A stretch of 64,000 bases of DNA from Parasitella parasitica NRRL 2501. Lineage: Eukaryota > Fungi > Mucoromycota. A program made the position numbers and the translations under genes. Positions within the stretch are counted from its first letter, which is position 1; each line of letters opens with the position of its first letter. The stretch spans positions 181,569-245,568 of the forward strand of contig MU619260.1 in the NCBI GenBank assembly GCA_025201805.1, in the 5' to 3' direction. This document shows, one piece after another, positions 27,101 through 41,300 of the stretch. The notes beneath the pieces are model-generated. The model had not been told where the DNA came from and made no database searches. It saw nothing but the letters and a program-made list of their open reading frames with translations.

Positions 27101-30100
27101 ACGCAACATTCGTCATTCCATCGGTGTGCTTATTCATAGGCTCTCTGATTTCTTTAGAACCAAGAGAGAAGATGATGTAGAAAGTGTCAAGATTCTGATC
27201 AAGATAGCACGCACCTTCCTCAGTGAACGTGGAGTGGAAAAAGAGCAGTTTGATCGTAGCAAGGCTGGGTACAGTTATGCAAAGAATATTGGCAAGACTC
27301 CTCATTGCAAGAAGAGATATCCACGTAATTTGCTAGTGCGTCGTGCTTATAATCACCATCTTCTTCGCTTGCGCCAAAACAATCAGTCTCGTCTTCGCAC
27401 GCCTTTGCATGATGCCATTCTATCTGATTTAGTTGAAATGTCCTTGGGATCCTATGCAGAAATTCGAAAAGTGAGTCAAAATGCACTTTCGGCTACGTCT
27501 CGATGTTTCCGTGGCTCCAAACATTTGATTATCCCTGTACTGCTGGAGGCACTGGAGCCCAATGTGCCTGCAGATAGAATGAAGGGGGCGCTGTATCTGT
27601 TTTCTCATAAATGTATTATAGGAACTTGCTTGAGGGACTGGACGTTTATTCCTACATTTGTCAAGGCCATGTGCAAAGCTCAACATCAAGATAAGCTAAG
27701 CATCCAAGGGTTGATTCGAAAAGTCTTTTCAAAATACTCGCAAAGCTTCAACTCTTTTAATTTCAAAATTCTCACTCTAAATGATCTGACTGAGTATCTT
27801 GCCCGCTTGTCGCCGGCTGCAGTAAAGGCGCCCGATTTCTACACAACGGTGTCTCGTCTGGAAGGGCGCTTAGAGAAGAAAATGGCAAAAAATAAGGCAG
27901 CGTATCAAGAGATGATGGACTTTCTGCTTGACTTCCTGCAAGAGCCTCAAGTGCATTGGAGATACGTTCTTATGGCAACCAACTTTATTGACCTGTTCAC
28001 GAGATGTCAAGCGAAGGCCTCCCGCCGCTTAGCTGAATTTGCCAACAATGCTGCTGTCTCTGAATTGCCTGCTACTCGCAACATTGGCTTCTGGAACACC
28101 ACATATCTGCTACTCGCTATCAAGCAGCGTACACTGGCTGCTGGTAACGAAGATTTGCTCATCACTGGCCAAATCAGGAATCCGTTAAAGATAGACATCC
28201 AGGTCCAAGATACAACAGACTTTGGCATGGGGCGCCGTTTACTTGATCTATCTTATCAGGAGCTGACAGCCAAAAATGCAGCAGATAGCGTGTTGGTGGA
28301 CGACACGACAGTGGGCTGGTACGTCTGGCCCTCCCATTATACGGGCTACAAGCTCAACACCAAGGACTTTTTGTTTGACACAGTGGAGGCGCAATCTCAA
28401 GAAGCCTATAATGAATTTCAAAGGACATTCAACACCTCTGAGTATTGGAGCAAACTTTGTGCGTATATTTCTGAAGAAGTCAACCAGAAAGAGGAGGATC
28501 GTTTCAACCACGTCAAGGCTCGCTTATTTACGAGTATATTTCAAATGTTTGGCGATGGTCCTTTGAGTTGTGCCAAAGAGCATATCGAGAAGCTTTGCTA
28601 TGCTGCTGATCAAAAGAGCTCTCAGCGTGCCGCTTCAGAGATTCTTGCTGGTTTGATTCGTGGCACCAAGCATTGGAGTCTTGGTAAATTATCATCTCTG
28701 TGGCAATGGTTGACACCCCTTCTTGGTAAGGTGTTTAACTCGATTACACCTGATTCACTCACCTATTGGGAGTCGTTTATTCGTTATGTGGCTAATCGTC
28801 GTGATCCTCGAAGAATCCAGCCTTTGATTGACTTGCTGCTTGGAGTCGAACTAGACCCTGCCTCGGATGCTGCATTCAGTGAGTCCAGAAAGATTTTGCT
28901 CGTGCGTCAATTAGCAATATCGCTACAATGGCGTTTTATGCCTCTAAATCAACGTGTTTTGCCTACCTACGTCAAAAACATTCACCACCCCTACAAACAA
29001 GTGCGTGAAGTCATTGGTGTCAATATCAATGAATTGTTACAGTTGGAATGGATCCCTTCCTTTCCCTCGGTTCAGCGTTTGCTGGAAGCCAATGCCATGA
29101 CGGATGGCGTTGGTAATGTGCCAACCACACTGGACGACAGACAACAGGAAAGAGTGGCTAGTCTTAATGGTCGTTTAGACGCTTGGCTGATTGAGATGAA
29201 CCAGAACAATGGCTTTGAACAGAGTAGTTCAAGCGATTATGCGCATGCCAGCAAGACAGGTAAATTGGTATAAAGATACTTGATTTGGAATATAGCTAAT
29301 ACATGGATATAGTGCTTTGTTGGTTACATGAGGCGTTCAATCACTGGAGTGCGTCTGGGACATTGCCCTATATCGTCCCCATGTTGCCCAAAGTGTTTGC
29401 AATGCAAGAAGCCAATGATGATCAGGATCTCCAGCAGATGGCAACTCGCGTGCTTAACCAGGCTGCGCGAGTCAATTATCCGCCTTCCATGCTACCGACT
29501 ATGATTGACGAGTTTTTGAAAATTTTAACCACTTCCAACAACTGGCACGTACGAATTAGAGCATTGCCTCTTTTGCAAATCTTTTTCTTTAAACATTTGT
29601 TTGCCATGTCCAGTGGCCAATTATTACGAATTATGCAAGTAATCGGGCAGATGCTGCTTGATGCGCAGATTGAAGTACGTCAGTTGGCCTCAGTAACGTT
29701 AGGCGGCTTGGTCCGTTGTTCTCAGCGAGATGCTATTGAAGAATTGCTGGCAGAATTCACTGCTAAAGTCCAAGCCAAAATTCCAAAACGCAAGAGAGAT
29801 AAGGTAACAGGAAGAAACATTGAGCCTGCTGGTTTTGCAGATGCTGTTTTGCAGAAACATGCTGGCGTGCTTGGTATTTCTTGCTTGGTTAGTGCTTTCC
29901 CTTATGAGGTGCCTGAATGGATGCCCGTTATTTTATGTCAGTTGGCTGATTGCATGTCTGATCCAGCTGCTGAGATTCAGGTAATAATCTCTATATATAC
30001 ACGATGGCTTAATATATTAACCATACTTCAAATAGGGAACTATCCGAAAGACATTTTCAGATTTCAGAAGAACACATTCGGATACCTGGCATGAGGATAT

Positions 30101-30170
30101 GCTTAAATTTGATGAAGACCAGTTATCCATACTGAGTGATATGCTTATCTCGCCAAGCTACTATGCTTAA
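24155..30170 (+). CDS. BLM10: Proteasome activator Blm10/PA200
   Basis: FHPSNHGSWS, LETLTETHRT, GIDMNDPVKT, HVRIRAL, AFPYEVPEWMP, SDFRRTH, C-terminal HbYX-type SPSYYA*; very long HEAT-like protein. Confidence 0.95.
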
Positions 30171-30363
30171 CATAGAAGCATTGTTACTAATATTACAANN
30201 NNNNNNNNNNNNNNNNNNAAAAAAAAAAAAAACAAGTAGAGAAAAAATAATGTTCAAATGAAACGGTTTCTGTTGAGTCCATGTTTCATTGTAACTTTCG
30301 ACAATAATAAACGATTTACCGTACATTATACCCCTTCTTTTCTCTTGTTATCTTGAATAGAAG

Positions 30364-31370
30364 ATGCCACCCTGCGATCGTCATGTACCTAGTGGATGGT
30401 TGTACAAATCAGCAAGATTCAGCTGGATAAGCTCTTTGAAATTAAGGTATTTTGTATTGCAAGATACAGAATTGAGATATTACAAGCATCCGGTAAGAGC
30501 TTTTTTCTTGGCACAATAAACTGCTTCATCTGCTTAACTAAAAACTCTATGAAGGACGATGCGCATCCAGCAGGCATTATCGAATTAAAACATATACATG
30601 ATATTGAAGAAGATAGCTCACCTATGTTGTTCGGCTTCAAACTTGTATCAGAAACAAAAGGCCACTGGATACCTATACTGTATGCCGAGACGAATGAAGA
30701 AAGGCATTTATGGATGACACAAATCAAGTCGAATTTAAGTCGATTAAAAAACTGTAGTCCTCGTCACTACTTGCCCAATTTCTGTTCACTAAACTCTCAT
30801 CATCTCCATTCAAAAGACAATAGCGTAGTTGGCGACATAAACCATAATGTACTTGATAGGTGGCTAGATAAACTAGACTTATATGATGGATCCGATAGTA
30901 ATTCAGATTATTTTTCGAATCGATCCATTAGCAACACTACCATAAAGTCTTCAAGCCATAGCGTTAGTGGACATTCATTATCTGCAGCAAAACATAGATC
31001 AAATGAGTCTATTGATACCGCAGAATATAATGACAGCATATACTCAGAATCATCAACTCTAGTTTTTAATGATAGTCATCCTGGTCAACAACACTCGACA
31101 TTTAAAAAGAGTACTGTACGTCAACAATCAGTCCTTAATACTGCCATTAGTCATGATAGCCATAGTCCAAATTTACTAGAAAAAATATCAGATTTGAAAA
31201 ATTCTACTACATGCAGTGCAAACAATCACCAATCTATAGAATCAGAAAGAGCAAAATATAATGCAAGCACGTTGAAATACTTTCAATATCCACACATTAA
31301 TCGTTCAATCAGTACTAAATTTTATCCTGAACTTGGGATCTCGCTTTCTCCACCACCACCAAGAAGATGA
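30364..31370 (+). CDS. PH-domain protein with Ser-rich tail (2 exons)
   Basis: Exon 1 MPPCDRHVPSGWLYKS...LRYFVLQDTELRYYKHP spliced to DDAHPAGIIEL...LYAETNEERHLWMTQI, a typical PH pattern. Confidence 0.75.
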
Positions 31371-31739
31371 CACACTTGCTCTCCTACTTTTTCTGCCTTA
31401 TTTTTTTTTTTTTTTTACTTTACAAAGCTTCCATTTCCAAATTGCGCTTTCGAGCATCCAAAATAACACCTAATTTAAGCTTTTGGCAATCCCAATTTGC
31501 GTTAACAATAAACAGGCCAAAATCAAACTTGAGATATTTTCTCTTATTTTATCATATGCAGAAGTAATGAGTCTTAAATTTTTCACAGAGATAAACACGG
31601 CCGCGTCTACAATGAGCATGACAACGAAGCCATGGATTGAGGTGAAGAATACGACAATTAATACTGAACAGAAACAATTACTTCACTGGGCAATAGCGTA
31701 CACCACAGTTGACGTTGTAGCCAACTGTTGATGATCTGG

Positions 31740-32120
31740 TGAAAGTAGATGTTATCATGGCAGAATTGAAACAAGATATTGCTCGGTCAAAAAAGACTTA
31801 CAGCATATGGATGCACGGGCAGGCGGCCCTATTTTTATATTTGATCAACCACAAATTTCTGAAGGTGGGACATACAGGAGCTCAAAGCGAGGATTGCTCA
31901 GGGCTTGATAAAGAGAATAAAAGAAGATCTAGAATGGGATAAATACGACAAGGCGAACCGCTCTACACCTTCAACGGCAAGAGGAGGCATAAGACTTTTC
32001 TAGTCTACTTTTTCGATAAGCCTCAAGGGAATAGAAAAGACTCCGTGAAGAGTCTGACCGCCGTATTCGAAGTTTTTACCCTGAAAAGTTCCTGGATTGG
32101 CACATCTGTAAGAATGATCG
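31740..32120 (+). mobile_element. Degenerate N-terminal (HTH) part of a Mucorales Tc1-like transposase
   Basis: Across frameshifts: AALFLYLINHKFLKV / ARIAQGLIKRIKEDLEWDKYDK / HKTFLVYFFDKPQG / DSVKSLTAVFEVFTLK. These resemble, from memory, N-termini of Rhizopus-type Tc1 transposases. No DDE region seen. Confidence 0.55.
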
Positions 32121-32863
32121 CAGCAGGACAGTAAAGCTGGTAATTCACCATTATGCTATCAGAAACTCTGAAAATACGCTCATCAAACAATAGGATTAGA
32201 TTGAGAAGCTGTCCCAAACAGACATAAATTATATGAGCAATGTTTGATTCTTGATAAATCTGCATTTAACAACATGACGCCAGCAAATTGCCAGTGTTGC
32301 TACTCTGTTGCCCCTTCTAGGAGCTGGAATAAAATAATACCTTTTATTATCATTGATAAAATCGAATTTTACGATTGTGCTGTGTTTATTCTTTTAATAC
32401 AAGTGTATAAATCCATCTTAGCTAGACACAGCCAAAAGTGGACCATTTGTGTTTAGTACATGTACATGAATAAATGTTGATTAGACAGAGGCACAGATGG
32501 ATAAGACGTATTTAGTACAAAGTACAGCAGGATATTTTGAGTGAACAGAGACAAAAGTGAACCAACGAAACTAGGTCTCTATTCAAAAAGAGCATATTTG
32601 ACACGACTAGCAAACTAGCTCATTTACGCCAACCAGAATAAGAAGACCATTAATTTCCTCGGGAAGCGTAATTTTTGCGAAATTTCAATAAGAAGGAGTC
32701 ATGCTGCGAACTCATTTATTGCTCATCAAACTAATATATACACTCTACATCTTCAGCTTCATAATATTATACACATTATATATGTATATTTATTGTTTTT
32801 CAAGCAAAACGCTTTATTTGTACTCATCTATTACAATCAAAACACAGTAGCGTATTTTTCAGC

Positions 32864-33950
32864 ATGGATTCTTACTTGCAGGCTTTCAGCTATTATTCAG
32901 CAAATGCTAGCTTCAGAGCATTGACCTTTCAACCAGCCGCAAATACCGAAAACATTCTGAAAATTTACATAGTGTACCCTCCGGATATCAAATTGAAGAA
33001 CTGTTGGTCTGACATAGCATACTTGTCACTAAGATAAAGTGCAGTATGGCAATTTGTACATGATATTTTGGATGTCAAACCGTTATTGCTTTGTATAGAT
33101 TCTTGCCGATTTATCTACGATTAATTTTGATAAATCGGAATTCAAGCAACAACTGGTAAGTAACGTACTTGTTACATCTCTGGTTCTCTTGTGTACTAAG
33201 TTACATGTATCCGTTAGTATCTTAAAAACCCCACTCTATCAGCAGCATTCTCAAAGAAGAGGAGAAGCAAACATTCATTAAGGTGCCCAAAAAAAAAGCT
33301 GTATTTAGCATGGCAGCATCCGTATTTGATATGTTTGAGATTAGCATCCGATTCCCTCAACTAAACGAGAAAAGCGGAAGCTCGACGAATAGCACTTGGT
33401 ATCTTTAAAAGCATGATTAAAAGGGTTATAAAAGCCATCAAAGTATAGTAAATATTTACAATAGATCTAGTGTCAAATGACATTGATAATTTTAACAGAT
33501 CAAGGCTTTTCGAATTCAATGAGGATAAGCATACGTTTTTTTCCTCACACCAGTTTTATATCAAATTCTCAACGACAACAGTTTGTCTTATAAGCTCTAA
33601 GATTGCCAATCTCGCTTCAAACATCTCTGCTAACCATTTAAACAGTGGTCAGAGCCACCTCACATGCGCGACAAAGCAAACAAATGATAAATCGGGAGCT
33701 GCTGTTTGGCCTAATTTTGAAATCATCATCGCAAACGCCATCTTTACCTTAGAAATAAGTGTAGTAGAGGCCAGTGCCCCAAGCAAGGTTGATAAATCAC
33801 ATTTCTTAGGTGATCAGTCTAAAATTGCCAGAAATTTGAAGCTGATGCACAAACAACTTGAAAAGCCAAGCTTATCCCGTTGATGAAGGCGAAGCTCTTT
33901 GGGGTACAGGTTTGTAGTGCGTACTATTATAGACGGCTCTTGAGCTGACT
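32864..33950 (+). pseudogene. Decayed Mucorales multicopy gene with putative PD-(D/E)XK-like C-terminus
   Basis: Broken ORFs with intron remnants; C-terminal piece VWPNFEII...EISVVEASAPSKVDKSHFLGDQSKIARNLKLM then KLFGVQV after stops. Confidence 0.45.
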
Positions 33951-34576
33951 TAACATTACGGAAAAACCTGAAAGCTGATAGAAAGCTTAACTATGAATCA
34001 TTATCAACTATGTTCATATTGATATCAATGGGTGGTTGGTACTAAATAATCTTATATTCCGTAGTAACTTCAAATTAGTATAAATAGTTGCATAGTTATA
34101 AATCGAATAAGCAGGACCCTTTATTCTGCATTATCTCAGGTTTATAGTAAGTATCATCGAATCTCTATTTAATGACTACAGATTATCTACTCTCAAAGCC
34201 TGGGAAATTTGATGAAGTGAACATAATCCACACATGTACAGCCTTTGAAGAGCTATCAAAGGCTATTCTGTGTTTCTTTTGGGATTGCCGTCCCCACAGA
34301 CCCTCTCAAATGCAAAGATCAATTGCCTAATTTTTTGAGTCGCCTGTAGTGTATGAACAATATGCTCAGAGAAATCATTAAGCTTTTTTTTTTTTTTTTT
34401 TTTTTNNNNNNNNNNTTTTTTTCAAGGAGAGCACTACTGAAGACATTGAGTCATTTGATTCTGATGTACCATTACATGAATTTCCAATACAAACTCCTAT
34501 TTTTTCTTTTATATAGGAAGTCATCCATGTGGATTTCCTTGCCTTTTCTTCTCTCTATTCTTTACAGTCGCAACAA

Positions 34577-36132
34577 ATGCCCTTATTCTCCAAAAAAATT
34601 GTACCAACCGATATTACAACAAATATTGAAAAGGCCACCGATGCTTCAGCCCCGGAGTTAGATTGGGCGCTTGTATTTCAAATATGTAACTCTGTGAATT
34701 CAACTGATATGGGTGCCAAAGAAGCAAGGAAACTCCTTCAAAAGAAGATGAGTTCCAATGATCCCAAGACTCAAGTATTAGCTTTAGAGGTAAATCAATT
34801 GATAAATAAAAATGGATCCGATCTGTATTAAATAATTGCATAAATTTCATTGTTTAGATATTAAATTCTTTATCTGAAAATTGTACTGCTAAGTTTCAAG
34901 CACAATTGGCTGCCAAGTCATTTGGCGAAGATCTTTATGCTTTAGCTTCATCAAATGTAAGTATAGACGAGAGCGAGTGAGCAAGGGCAATCTGATACTA
35001 AAGTAAAAAAAAAGAACACTGATGATAGAGTTCATGGTAAATTGGCGCAGTGTTTACAAACTTGGGTTGCTCAGGCAAATGGAGATCCACAGTATGGAGC
35101 AGTTAGAAGGGCTTATGACATTATGATGAATGGTGCCGCATTATCAGGTGCCAATAGAAGACAACTTCATGGCCAATCTAGAAGTACACCTGCTAATACG
35201 CCTAGAGAACCTCCTAAGGTTGGAATTTTTCTATCATGACACCAAAATACCGAGAATGTTAACGTGTATATAATAGCCTGCAGATGTAAAGGGTGATATT
35301 GAACTCGCCAAGAACAGTGCTCAGTTATTCTCTCAAACCTTGTCATTTACAGACCCTACTTCAGAAGATATTTCCAAGAACGAATTAATTCAGGTATCTG
35401 TTACCATGTTGGGTTATATAGTTTTGGATTTTTAACTAGGATTGTAGGAATTTTACGGCAAGTGTAGACACGCGCAGCAAATACTGGCTTCCCATTTGGA
35501 AACCTGTGAAGACTCTGAAATAATTTGTAAAGTATAGTTTATTCAACACTTCGACTTACACTGATAATTAATTTTGTTTAGCCACTCTGATTAATGCTAA
35601 TAATGAATTATTGAGCTGTTTCAAGTCCTATGATGAGATGCTTGAACAAGCAACTGTCAATCAAGCAACAGTTAACTCACAATCACTCCATGATCGTACA
35701 TCTCGCAATGTAAGTTGGGCAGATATTGTATCAAATATGGTATTTATACATACATCTAGAATGAGCAGCTCAGACAGCAACAGAACCAACAGGAAGATTT
35801 GGTCGCATCTTCTTCATCGTCTCAACCACAATCCCAAACACAGTATGATACCCCTTCTCCTTCCGTAGCCACCCAATCAAAAAACCCGTACCAAATCCAG
35901 AGTACATCAAGGTAAGCTCTATGAGAATAGAAGTACTCACAATGTACTAAATAATCTCGATGCAGCGATAATGATCCTTTTGATCCTTTTGCTGATACAA
36001 ATCAAGCTTCTTCGGATGCAACGTAAGATCTAATAATCCAAATCATCTAACAGGTTTTGATCAACTAAATTAATGTAATGTAGAGCTAGCGTCTTGCCTA
36101 CTCCTTTGATTCCTCAGAAAAGGCACGAATAA
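34577..36132 (+). CDS. VHS-GAT domain protein (Tom1/Lsb5/GGA-like), multi-exon
   Basis: IEKATDASAPELDWALVFQICNSVN...GAKEARKLLQKKM (VHS); KNELIQ|EFYGKCR...LINANNELLSCFKSYD (GAT); DPFDPFAD motifs. Confidence 0.85.
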
Positions 36133-38348
36133 CTTCGAAACGGAATAAATTCAGACACGTGTAATTCAAATAATATTAATACAATCAAAAACTACCATTT
36201 CTGCGCATATTTACTTGATAAAATCTCATGATGCTACTTTTCTAAAGAAGAAAAANNNNNNNNNNAAAAAAAAAAAAAAAAAAAAAAAAGAATTATTTGA
36301 ATGTAAGGAACTTACATCTCGTTATATTTTCGAGTACGAAATGAGTGTTGTAAAATAAACACCAAGTTGTAAAAACAAAAAGAATAAGCAAATTCATTCA
36401 CAAAGCAATGCAAGTTCATTAATATATTCTCATGACCATACAGTACATCAGAACTGCTTTACACCACAAATAAATAATTATTTGTTAAAAGGTAGTAGCC
36501 CTGATTGTGCTGGTGTCAGCCAAACGTAAATCAAACCATACTTTTGCTATTTATTAAAGCCTGTTGTCAGCGTTTGTAGTTGCTATTTTTAAGTGAAAAT
36601 CTTTGTTGATGTCTTTATAAATATCGCTTTTTTATGGATAAATATGCTTTTATTATGATAAATTATGAAAAATGAAACTTTTTTTGCGCATAACCTTGGA
36701 TAGACAAATTGCCCAGTGGAAACTGATTTATCAGAACGAGAAATTATGCAAATAAAACGGTTGTGAATTAATCAGGTAAATATTTCGTTTATTACACGGA
36801 AAAAATGATGGTTTATATACTAGTGAATCTAAGTGGACTGATGGGAGGATAAGATACAAGTATGAGACATGGTGTGATTTAGAGAGTAGAACGATAGATT
36901 GTATCTATTGTCTATGAACATGTCATGTTGAATTTATAAATAAGGAACATGATCCATTGGAAATGTTCCTGAATTGTGTTCAGGATTGAGTTTACTTGAG
37001 CTTGACTTCCGGCTTGGGAAATTGACACATCAGAAACCAAGTTATGTTCAGATAGCAATGATCATCACTGTTTTTATAGGGCAAAATACAGGCTTTATTT
37101 TACTCTAAATAGCGGCCTATCAGTGTTTATTATGCGCAATTTTTGTTTGGAGTTTCTGTGCTAACTTTTTAGATGTCAATAAAGAGATCAATACAGATGT
37201 TGTTGCCAGATAGCGCCAAGTTAACACTATGTTCTGAAATCGCAGTTCTACGTTCATTTTTAGCCGAAGTTAAGAGCAAATATGTGATATTTATGATAAA
37301 TATTGAAAAATAAAAATTGTTTTTCAAGATAACTTTTGATAGAGACATCATCCAAAAATAAAAAACCAGAGATTAACGAGATACGAAAACTTGAAGATAC
37401 TTTATTTAAAATCGAAATTGCGTCTGCTATTTATACTTAAATTATTAATTGACAAGACTAATTCCCAGTAACAATCTACTTGACAGAGTAGTATGTAAGG
37501 TTATACAACACGGGCTACAAGTCTTTGATCTGCAAGTGCTTTAACCCTTACCCTGTTGCTCAAATCTGTCTTACTACATGAATAACCTTCTTGATTTGAA
37601 ACAGAGGAGAATTTATTCTCCAATTTACACAAGCGTATTACATCACATCGTTGGACAATCATCAATCTTCAATTGAGGTATATTGCCATGATCTCCTGTC
37701 TATAAATATGGCAGATCACAGATAGCCCTGACCATGTCTTTTTTTATGAACTTTAAGGTTTTATTTTGTCTTATATTATTTGACTATGAAAATCATTTTT
37801 CTGCTAGTAACTTTGTTTGCATTGGATAGCGCTGGTTCTATCTTTGTCTTTTTAGAATCATTTTGTTGCGTTTATGACATAAGAGATTGAGATTAGCTAG
37901 TTCATATTTAAGTCGCTAATAATAATAAAGCCTGTGTTAATTAATAAATTGGTTATGGCAACGAATATATTGATGCTATACTCGCAGCAACAGGAATGCT
38001 TATTTTATTCATCATCATAAATCATTAATTAAGTTTACCTTGTTGGTAATATATTGTTCTATAAAATACATAGTATATATTAAGATTTTTCGTATATACG
38101 ATAATAGTGTAGCTCCTGATGAACTCTATGTGGGAAATGGCATGTATAACTTAATACTTCATTTATTATTTTATGGACAATAATAATCATACTAATCGTA
38201 AAATATCATGGTTTTGGTGCTTGCACTTTTAGTCGCTTGAATATACCAGACCAATGTAATTTAGCCTTTTTTGAATAATCTGAAGAAGCTTTTCTAAGTA
38301 AGTGATAATTAGAAAAACAGGCTGAAAAGGTTTCAATCTGTAAGAAAC

Positions 38349-41300
38349 TTACTTTGACGTACTACTGAGGCTTTTCTGTGGAATGAATTTTGAATTCAAG
38401 CTTTCTTGAGGTATTTGTTGTGATTGTTGCGCTTCCTTGGTATTTGTAATCGAGGAAAATGATTGCTTTGTGATAATTTTCTCCTCAGTAATGACATCCA
38501 ATTTGACTTCTGTTTGGCCTAGATACAGCCTTACTATGATTGGAACTACGTCTCCAGGCTGTAAGGGTAGTGATTTAGGTAAGTCGATATTGCGTATCAA
38601 AACTTTATCAAGGCGAGAATCCAGCGCAGAATCGATGACCGTGTTTTCAGCACTTGTGCATAGTATAGCTAGACATAAGAGTTATGACTACAGTTCCTGG
38701 ATCAGGCGTACATGACTTACAAACAAAAGCATTATTAGGATAGGTGATATAATATTTCTTTTCAACATATTCATTAGTTTTCATGAAATTGTTGGCTCTA
38801 AACAAGAAATCGAATTTAGACCTGACAAATCTCGTCTCAGAAGATGATTGCGGCAAACTAGCAGTGTTAATAAGTGGATGCAGTACTTCTAAACCGTATG
38901 ATTTCTGTACAATTCTCCTTGCAATATAGCTTGTGTCCCTTGCCAATTCAACAGCACCTCGGACAACGGATTGATCATACTGTGATGGCGCTCGCACTTG
39001 AATCCCTTTGTCAGCGAAATTGTCTTGTATTCTGTTCTGCAGATATTTAGACTGTCCTAGGCCACCTGTTAAAATAATCATATCAAGCTTCATCTCAACC
39101 TTTTCCATTGCATAATATTGATTCTCGATAAGGTGCATAATATTGTTTATAATTGGGTCGAATATCTTTGTAGACATGTCGTACGATGATATCACTATTT
39201 TGGGAGTACCTTTAATTGGTATGTTGATGATGGTATTTTGTTGGCTTTTATACGTAAATTTTTCCTATCGAGTTTGTCAGCACAGGCTGGCAGGGCTTAA
39301 AAATTACTAGTGCTTGCCTTGATATCTAAAATAAAGCTCAACACCATCTGTTCGAGCTCGTAGCTACTCACTACATAATTTCTAGCATAGCACTCATGTC
39401 TTATGAATTTTCTAAATGCATCATCCAAGAATGAAGATCCACATAAGCTGCCACTACCGGCTGTTACCTCGTCAATATAGTATTTTCTGTTGTTTTCTTT
39501 CTTAGAATACTCATAGGTAGCCATGTCGACAGTTCCTCCCCCAGCATCACAAATTAGCGTTCGCACTTTTGTCTTTTGTGGGTTTTCCTTGAAATAATTT
39601 TTGAAGTAGTCGGTGCTGCTGTCGTTTGCATAGAATATAGCAGCAGCCTCAGGTTCGTTCACCAGCAAGAGTCTGTTTGGATTGTCTTGTGTAGAAATGA
39701 TGCCAGCAGAGATAACTGTTTCTCTCATTACCCGTTTCATCTTATCGCTCCAAATTGTGGGCACTGTGAAGCAATACCGATATTTCTTGGCTGTTTTTGG
39801 AAACTTCATCTCCATGGCCTCTTTGATTTTGTCACTCAATGCTCGAAGATAGTTTGATATAGCGTTGATAATAATCATCTCATTCTCACCATTCTCGTCT
39901 ATATTATCCATGTATAGTTTGAATCTTGACATGAGTTTTCCTGATTCTCCAGAGCGATAGTAATCATCAAATGCTTCTTTGCCCCAGTATTTCTGCTGCG
40001 TCAAAGATTCGTCGTATAATGATAAAGTCGGCAGCTGCATCAAGTTTTTGCTATGTGAAACAATTAGCCTTGATAGAAAGCAAGCTACATACTTTTTGTA
40101 AACCCACTCAAAATCAACTTGATCAATGCTATCAATCTTGCTATAATACCATTTAGAGAAACTAGTGCCAAAATCTAAAGTCATAAATTTAGTGGGACAA
40201 AAGAAGAACAGAATAATTAAAACACACCAATGCCGATAATATGCGTGTAGTCATCATCATTGCTGTGCTGAGCATTGTCTTCGGCTAATATACTATGCTC
40301 CTCAACAAGGCAAATGGGTGCGGTCCTTGGGATCCCAAGCTTCTCGCTTAAACCGTAATACACAGCACCATGTGCAGATGAAAGGTCATCATTTGATACA
40401 ATAATCACGTTGCTTGCTATTGCATTAAGCCGCTGTTTCATATATTGAAGATTTGAAAGCGTTCCACACAAGAAAACGTATTCGCCAGATACAGATTTGC
40501 ATTGCTCAGAAACAAGTTTACAGATTTCATCAATAATGGGATCGTATACTTTCTTTTTGAGATCACTCATTTCAAGAGTCAAATATGGGGCGGCTCCTAT
40601 GGTTGATTGAAAAGCAAGCAACTTTATAGGAACTTGCGTGTTGATGCTCAGATCCAAGGAATACTACGATATTTAAAATTGGTATATTAAATTGCTTGCA
40701 TCAGAAAATACCATACCATACCTTCATGTTATCCTCAAAGTATTCGAGCGCATCTGCCCTCATTTTGAATAGTTTATCTTCAGTGTATATGGGGTGCTTC
40801 TTAATAATATCTAGGACATAGCTTTCAAACAGATCGTTTAATTGGTCGCTGCATAATTTATCGCTCGTAAAATCGTGTTCTAATGCTTTGATATCTATAT
40901 CGCTACCGGCACTGACAACCTCCATAACCTTAATTTTGAGGTATTTAGAGTCTACATCGCAAATGATGAGACGATCGTCCAATTTCAAATTTTTGGTCCT
41001 GAGAAGATGCTTCGCCATTGCCGTATAAGAGTCAATAAATAGCAGCTTATCTTCTCTATCGTCATCCTTATAAATTCCAGCTTTTTTGATTGCTTTAGTG
41101 ATGTTAGTTTTGTATCTAGGTTGGCTTGGGTGTTGGAGTGTAAAACAGTATCTGATTCGGCTGATACCCTTTTCGCCTTGGTTTTCTTTAATATCCTCTA
41201 CAACATGTTGATGAAACAGCTCTAAATAATCGGCAGCAGGGTTTCTGTCATTCTCTATAGGTTCCAAATCTTTGACATGCAGCACAAAAGGTAGGTGCTT

